Source of the DNA: Setoptus koraiensis
Lineage: Eukaryota > Animalia > Arthropoda
Reading direction: 5' to 3'
NCBI GenBank assembly: GCA_048013815.1
Contig: CM106585.1
Span: forward strand, 19,592,001-19,656,000
Length of the DNA stretch: 64,000 bases
The position numbers and the translations under genes are program-made. The notes under the pieces are model-generated. The model was not told the origin of the DNA and searched no databases. It saw only the letters and a list, made by a program, of their open reading frames with translations. Shown piece by piece: positions 57,157 through 64,000 of the stretch. Positions within the stretch are counted from its first letter, which is position 1. Each line of letters begins with the position of its first letter.

Positions 57157-60100
57157 GATTGAAAATGCCTATATTCACTGTATTATATTTATTAGGTATG
57201 TATTTAATGCTATTATATAAGAATTGATCTTATGATGTAATAATCTCCAATTAAAACAATATCTATCTAGGATTATGTAGTTAATCTATCTACAGTGGCA
57301 TGATATATTGTTTGACAGATTTTGAGTTGTTTAACTGGCTGATTTATATAATATATATGTTGATTTGGTTGATATGACTAACTAACTTTTTTCTTTGTTC
57401 TGCGTGACTTACTGTGCTACAATAATATTGTAAGTCAAGTCACTATCTTCTTGATTGATGAATTAATTATAATCAATCGACAATTAGCTGTGTGAGCGGT
57501 ATGAGTGACAAAATACATTAGTAAGTTAATGTCAGCAAGATGTATAATCGATATAATAGAAATAATAATAATAGTATTATAAATCTATTATCTAATCTAT
57601 CTATTCTATCATTGATTTGATTTGATCTGTTGATTGGTCTATTCGCGACTATCGTGTTGCTATTACATTCACAATTGTCAGAAGATTCTAAAAATAATAA
57701 TAAATTATTAGCTGCCAATGAGCTAACTAAATTGTCTTGGCAAGCTCTCTGTCCATAGTGTTTGTTTGTGTGTGATGACAGTGTCTAGATAACAATCTAA
57801 TCTGAGGTGTCAAAGGAGACAATAACAACAACAGTCTTAAAGTCTGAGGTATTTTTTTGTTTCTTCGACGACAGTCACTTGTTATTGGCTATTGCGGAAA
57901 TTTCCTTTGCCAAGTTGATTGGACAACTGGATTTGTTGTGGGCCAGTTGTTTGTTTGCCACTGATATTAAATCGACTAATTAATTGTAACAGGATTCTTG
58001 TTTTAGTTGATAGTGGACACCGCTGATGATAATATTTTATGATAATTTAATAGTTTCAGGAAGTTGTAGGACGATGTCAGGTACTTGCACGAATGTGATC
58101 ACTGTGTGTCGATGTTGGACCGGGACTTCTATTGTTTGAATTATCCGATCTGACAAGTTGTAAAATGTCTTTATATTGTTAAGAAGGGCGACTCGATTTC
58201 AGTCTAGATCGCTGGTCCTCGTTAATGTGTTGTTTGTCAGGGAGGCGGAGAGGGGATCGCTTGTTGAAACAACTCGAATATAAGCATTGGATCTGACATG
58301 ATGATTCGAAGAAGTTGATGCAGTCGAGGTCGTCGACTTGACTTTGAGCATAGGTGTACTGTTTCCAATAAATGGTAGCTAAATGATGATAACAACAGTG
58401 ATACTCAGTATTGGCTAGATTTGCTGTTTCTATCTCTCTGTTGTTGTTGACGTGACGATGATCAAGATAAACCTGAACTTGCATTCTGAGCTGATATACC
58501 TGCCGCTACTGGCAATTGGATTGTATTGAATCAATTGGTGATAGCTGTCGGTTGTTTGCGCCCATTTCGCGAAGGTGGCAACAACACAATAATACAGAAT
58601 AAACTTGTTGCCTTTATTTCTCAGTATAATCAGTAACAAGACAATCAGCATCAAGGGCCCGATATATATCATATACCATATACCATCGCATCAGTGTTTT
58701 AATCGAGCACACAAGCGCTGGATAAATTGGATATATTGAGTGCAATTGTCGGAACAGAAAAAGGAAATGGCTAACGGGCGACTGTTGGTAATGAGCCAAT
58801 GATATATGAACAATATTTGATGTTTATAATACAAAAATATATAAATTTTGCTAAGACTGGGCCGTTCCGGCAAGCGGTTCAGTCGCTCTATGAATCGCAC
58901 TCGACGATCTCAGGAGTTTCAAACGGTGAGAGTTGCGCGTCAACTTTCTAATAATACTCTTCTCGTATTTTGCTCGTTCTTTGCCTTGTCGTTCGGTTAT
59001 GGTAATAAATTGCTACTGTAAAAATCTAAACACAACAACTAATTACGATGATGCCTAAATCCATCTATCCAATGTCGCCTTTTTTGTCAAGCGCAAAGAG
59101 CCGAGAGCTAGCTGGCAAGCGAATAACGGTCACGATGATTTAGTGACACTATCCGAAATTCATTAACTAGCGCGGGTCGCACGCGCTCAGGTATCAACAT
59201 CAAATGTCACATGGAATCACAAGTAGCTTGATTAAAGGCTCGATTAAGTGCTCGCCAACTAAGTACTAACTGGATGTTTGTTTGTTTGCGAAGTTTGTTC
59301 TCACTTATTTGTAAGTCTTGACTCGCTGCCACCAGCTAATTGACTGACTCGCTGCCACTAGCTCATTGGCTGACTAGCTGACGCTGTGAAATGTGTGTGA
59401 CAGGCGAGAGCCATAAATCACAACATAATCGTGACTCGGCCAGCTAACCGCTACCTGTGCTTCGATGAACTTGGACTTGACTCAGTTCGAACGTTCGTCG
59501 AACGTTCGTCGAACAAACAAACAAACAAACGCAAAGATCCTTACAAAGTTCGTTGATGGCACTTGTTTGATGGCGCCCAAAAGTGAGTTTTGTTGTCTAC
59601 AAACAACTGCTTGCTTCCACAGTGCAACCAACATCCGCCAGAGATCGCAACAAAATCGTCTCATATGCAATTATCTTTTGTTGCAAGACTCAGCATGTAC
59701 TCAGCAGACATATCGCAGATGGCGCTCGATTTCGCAAGATTTCTCTTTTAAAACATAAAATAAATTAAAATAACGAACAGAATGGAACGATTGCTAGAAC
59801 AGAGATCTCCTACCGGAAGTGTCTAACACTGCGCGATATCCTGATCTGCCGAACGATCTGCCGAGCGATCCGCCGAACGATCTGCCGAACAGAGACGGCA
59901 AAAGTGATGGATAATGTTGGTGATACCGACACAATTATCCGCGCCAGTTTATAAACAATTGAGTATCTGACAACAATTTGTCACTGATAGGTTCACATTT
60001 GAATTTGTCACTGATTTTGAGCCGTTGCGACAGCCAGCTCATTTGCTGAAAATTTGACAAGCTGACACGGCGTGCCAACAGCGAGCATAGCGACAGTTAT

Positions 60101-62370
60101 CGCTACTCGGCGGCGGCTTATCTCCGCGGTTGTTGTCTCCAGACGAGATATACGGACAAATACGGTGCGGATACATGTGTGGATCGATGACGATATAATA
60201 TGTATATATCGGATATATGGATCACCGACGGCTCTTGTGGAATGTGCAGCGAGTAGCCAATTGAAATCGATGTCCTCATCTGGTAATTGTCGTTATCTCA
60301 TTAGGGAGATATGATGAATATTAGCGACAGCGATATTTATGTGTTTGGTGTCTGGCGACTGTTGGCCGATGCGAGCACGATAATTATCGCGATACACCAT
60401 AGTTATGATGATGATGATGATGATGATGTAGTAGCACTATCTCTGGGTTTTCTTCCCGACTGTTGAACGTTATGAAAATGGTGACAAAACGACACAAAAC
60501 AACACAAAACAACACAAAAGAAAGAGATACATTTCGCCAGACTTGTCTGGAAAAGATGAGCCGTCTAGATAGGCGCCGCATGTTTGCGGGCGATTCATTT
60601 TTTCGCCATTTGCTCTTATCGCCGGGCATCGTCGGGCATGCAAAGCTAGCCGAGCCAGCCGAGCTAGACGGCGAGTCAAGTTCAATAACTGATCTTCACT
60701 GACAATCAACTGTGAATCGAGGCTCACGCTTTTGCGCCTCGATTCAATTGAATCGACGCCAGCGAGCAAATTCAATGAAACGAAACAACTCTCTCGGCAG
60801 CAGCTATAAGTGAGCACTTTTGATCTTTTGACATAACAGTTGTGCACTACATACCTATAACTTTGCAAAAACAAACATGCAAAATATAAACATTGTTCAC
60901 AACAACAACGACACTCAAATTGTGACAGAGATAACATGACACAGTGTCTAGCCACTTGTTGTTGGCTCTACATTCTACAATTGTCTGTTTGACTTTTATT
61001 GTTTGCACAATCTAGACACTGGCGCGTCAATCTAGGTAGGCCGATAGGCTGACGTTGGTGTTGTTAGTTTGGCGACGTAATTGTTGTTGTTTGCGATGCT
61101 GCAAATAGCCTCTCTCGTCATCGAGCCACTCGTTCCATTGTCACCTAAGTGCGTATCTGTCACAGATCAGATAATTAAATTTTTGTAAACTTAATTATTT
61201 GCAGACGCACAAAGTCATCACAATTCGGTATTATATGGTCGTATTATGCATTATATTTCTGCATTATACGGCATCATATATGTCAAGTCGCCTGTCAGAC
61301 GTGCGAGGCCGCTGAGACGTTTGAACCGTAAAGGGTGCCCAGACAGTTAGCATGACGAGCGCAGATAATCACGCAATTGCTTGTTAATAATTGTTTGTTG
61401 ATAATTGTTTGTTAATAATTGTTTGTTAGTTGACTAGTTGCCACAAATGACGCAATTGCGCCGCTCATATCCGATGCGCTCACATCGTGCGATAGTTATC
61501 GCGATGACAGAGATTGTTTTTTCCTCTGTGGTTCTCCATGGTCGGTCGTACAACCACAACCGCAACCACAACCGCAACTACAACCACAACACGACATGAC
61601 AAACAAACGATGATGTCATCGGCAAGTCTCCTAGCGACTGACGCCAGCGCATTATCAATAGGAGTGAGAGAAACAATCAATTGCATTCCAGAAGGAATTG
61701 GCTCTGGACTCTAGACTCTAGACTCTAGACTCTGGAGGCCAACCCGTTCTTTGCGGCCTCCGGAGGCTCGATGCATTCTGCTACAGTGGCAAAAAGTAAA
61801 AATTAAATTCAACATACGCATGCACTATAGCTAAAGCGATATTGTGATGAGATTGATTAATTAAAGATTGGCCAATTAGTGACCACGAGCACTTGCCGTG
61901 ACGGGAGCAACAATCGACTGCTGCAACAATTGCTGTCCGTCTACATGTACGCGCCAACTGGTGATCATGATGAACTCACAAAGTAATTGATTGATTTGTA
62001 TGCAACCGATCGAGCACAACAGTTGATTAGTGACAATTAGTGTCACAACCAATTGAGATTGCTGTGGCTAGCATCGATCAACGATTATGCCACTATCAAT
62101 CAATAATGATCAACTGATTGCGTTACCGGTGCAAAGTACATTATATATTATATCATCATTATGCTCTCTCAGCCATTGACAGTGCCAGTAGCTAATAAAT
62201 AATCATAATAAGATCATTAGATCACGGCCATCAATCAAACAATCACATCAAACCGACACTTATCAGCAAGTCGCAAGCTTCCACTTAAACCAAATGCCAA
62301 TTTCCTGAAACTAAACCAACGGAAGCAACATACAACCTAATGATGATACAAACCCGCAAACGCAAGCCAA

Positions 62371-62430
62371 TATATTGTATATTATATTGTATATCATATT
62401 GTATATTATATTGTATATTATATTGTATAT
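62371..62430. repeat. 12-bp AT-rich tandem repeat (TATATTGTATAT) x5
   Basis: Read directly. Confidence 0.85.
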
Positions 62431-62765
62431 TATACCACAGCAAATTGCTTTCATTGGCGGCTGATATACTTTGCAGAAAAAGTTCGCAAGTTTCTGTGAA
62501 AATCACATATACTGTGCGCAGTATATTGGCATCCAATATGACGATTAACATTCACATTTATATTCGAAATGTGGAGATATGAATTGCAGAAATGCGTGCG
62601 CCTAAACTAGTGTCGATCGGACACACCTTCATGCGCTTTTTGTGCAAACTGATCGATTGTTTGGACGGATGTGTTTGTGATTAAAAGCATATATAAGCTC
62701 ATTTCTTATTTATCGACAGCTAAGCAGGCGAGCCGTGACACTCAACTGTGGCACCAACTGGCCCA

Positions 62766-63071
62766 ATGGCACATTCAAATCTAAATCAATTGAAGCACTT
62801 ATACGGATTTTGCAAAATGGGTTATTATATTTTTTTGCTTCGAAGCTTTGCCCAGCCGACTCCAGATGTCGTTCGAAGTACTTCAAAATTGCCTGCCGAA
62901 GCACTGAACTTTTGGCATCAACTTGAGTTCCAATTCGGAACTTCCAAAGAATATCATCAAGCGAAGATATTGGAAAGAGAAAGAAAGCAATCGATTGTCG
63001 GCACAACCGCAACAGTCATGCCAACAGCGTCACGCCTGAAACGAAGCCATCGAAGGGCAACAAATAAATAA
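62766..63071 (+). CDS. Possible small orphan protein, 101 aa, unrecognised
   Basis: TATATAA at 62690, ATG at 62766, non-repetitive composition, and tandem AATAAA at the stop (63063-63076). No recognisable homology. Confidence 0.3.
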   Translation: MAHSNLNQLKHLYGFCKMGYYIFLLRSFAQPTPDVVRSTSKLPAEALNFWHQLEFQFGTSKEYHQAKILERERKQSIVGTTATVMPTASRLKRSHRRATNK

Positions 63072-64000
63072 ATAAATACCGAATAATAATATTAATTAAT
63101 ATGTGGCATGATGTACATGATCTGCAGCAAGCGTAATCTGCAAGCAATCGCGTTAATCCCGTCAAGTGACTCGCCAAGCAACTCGCCGAGTGATTCGCGG
63201 ATCAGCGTTGTTTTGATTGACAAAGTCACCACAAGTCAGTGATTTGTCAGTGCAGTCATGTGGCAAGGTCATGCGCCCCAATGTGTTAATTAATACTGTT
63301 AATTTGCCCGGCGAGAATGGGCTGGCTAGACGGGGCGCTGGCTGCCCTGGCAAGCGTCAGTGTGGCCGGCCTGCGACCATTGCTGGCCCGATTGTTCGCG
63401 TTGTTTGTGTTGTTTGGACTGTTGTGATTTGTTGGCACAGGTGAGCCGAGGTGGTGATTTGGTGCGTCAAAGTCGGGAGAGTTATTGTTGTCATTACCAT
63501 GAATGTCAATTGTTGAATGCGACCAAGTGTGGGCGCGTTGGCGATGAATTGTCGGCGCGTTGCGTGCGTTTATTTTCATTATTTTCAAAATTGATTGGCG
63601 CCGCGCCGGGCGCCCATCGGTGAGCGGCGAGGCCAGCGCCGCCGGACAGCCCGACAGCCCGACAGCCCGACAGCCAAACAACACTAAAACGGCTCATGTT
63701 TGCAAATAAACAAATCTGAAAATGTGTAAATGAACAGCAACAAACAAAGCGAACAACAAACAGATGAGTCACACGGCGATATTTGGCTGCATATTTGACT
63801 GGATATTTGACTGGATGTTTGACTGGATGGAGTGCAGTGCGAGACGCATTATTGTGTTATTGTTTGGCCGCGGCGAGCGCCGGCAAATGAACGATGACCA
63901 GACCTATAAATTAAGTGTCACATTAATCACTTGCCGCGGTTATTAATCAAGAGCAAACAGAGAGCGAGGGCCATTGAGAGAAATAATAAACGCGAATGGC

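Noticed and set aside
58179-58900. Short minus-strand ORFs upstream of TAT, one with a hydrophobic N-terminus
   Set aside because: The sequence is AT-rich with no homology or gene anatomy. They are more likely TAT 5'UTR or intergenic DNA.
62710-63012. Minus-strand 100-aa ORF containing an LDLNVP (EAR-like) motif
   Set aside because: There is no ATG and no promoter or poly(A) context on that strand, and a six-residue motif match is expected by chance.

Overview
This window is eukaryotic (arthropod) genomic DNA. There is no sign of prokaryotic operons, CRISPR, rRNA or tRNA. Intron-poor housekeeping genes and heavy (CAA)n/(CA)n slippage suggest a compact genome such as an acariform, possibly eriophyoid, mite; this is inference only. 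The window has three domains. (1) 1-24 kb holds the 5' end of a minus-strand dumpy orthologue, a giant cuticle/ECM EGF protein. Five exons can be reconstructed (23794-23023, 21816-21787, 10670-10524, 6473-6438, 101-3), including 30-nt and 36-nt micro-exons that each supply the sixth cysteine of an EGF module. The introns are 1.2-11.1 kb, GC/CpG-rich, and full of short tandem repeats, hairpins and bZIP/E-box motifs. (2) About 24-45 kb has similar composition and no recognisable gene, and is probably dumpy 5'UTR introns and regulatory DNA. (3) 45-57 kb is a tightly packed, more AT-rich cluster: MIF, POLR3G/RPC7, WDR75 (its stop codon overlaps that of POLR3G), an orphan secreted cationic protein behind a tandemly duplicated TATA promoter, mRpL2, Rab11 with an atypical C-terminus, Ash2 with an apparently eroded N-terminal PHD/WH region, and tyrosine aminotransferase. 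57-64 kb is mostly non-coding, with one possible small orphan gene. The most interesting leads are the orphan secreted protein and its duplicated promoter, the dumpy cysteine-supplying micro-exons, the decaying Ash2 N-terminus, a possible spliced C-terminal extension of MIF, and recurrent inverted CACCTG/CAGGTG pairs plus TTACGTAA enrichment around dumpy. All homology calls are by eye from remembered family sequences; no searches were run.
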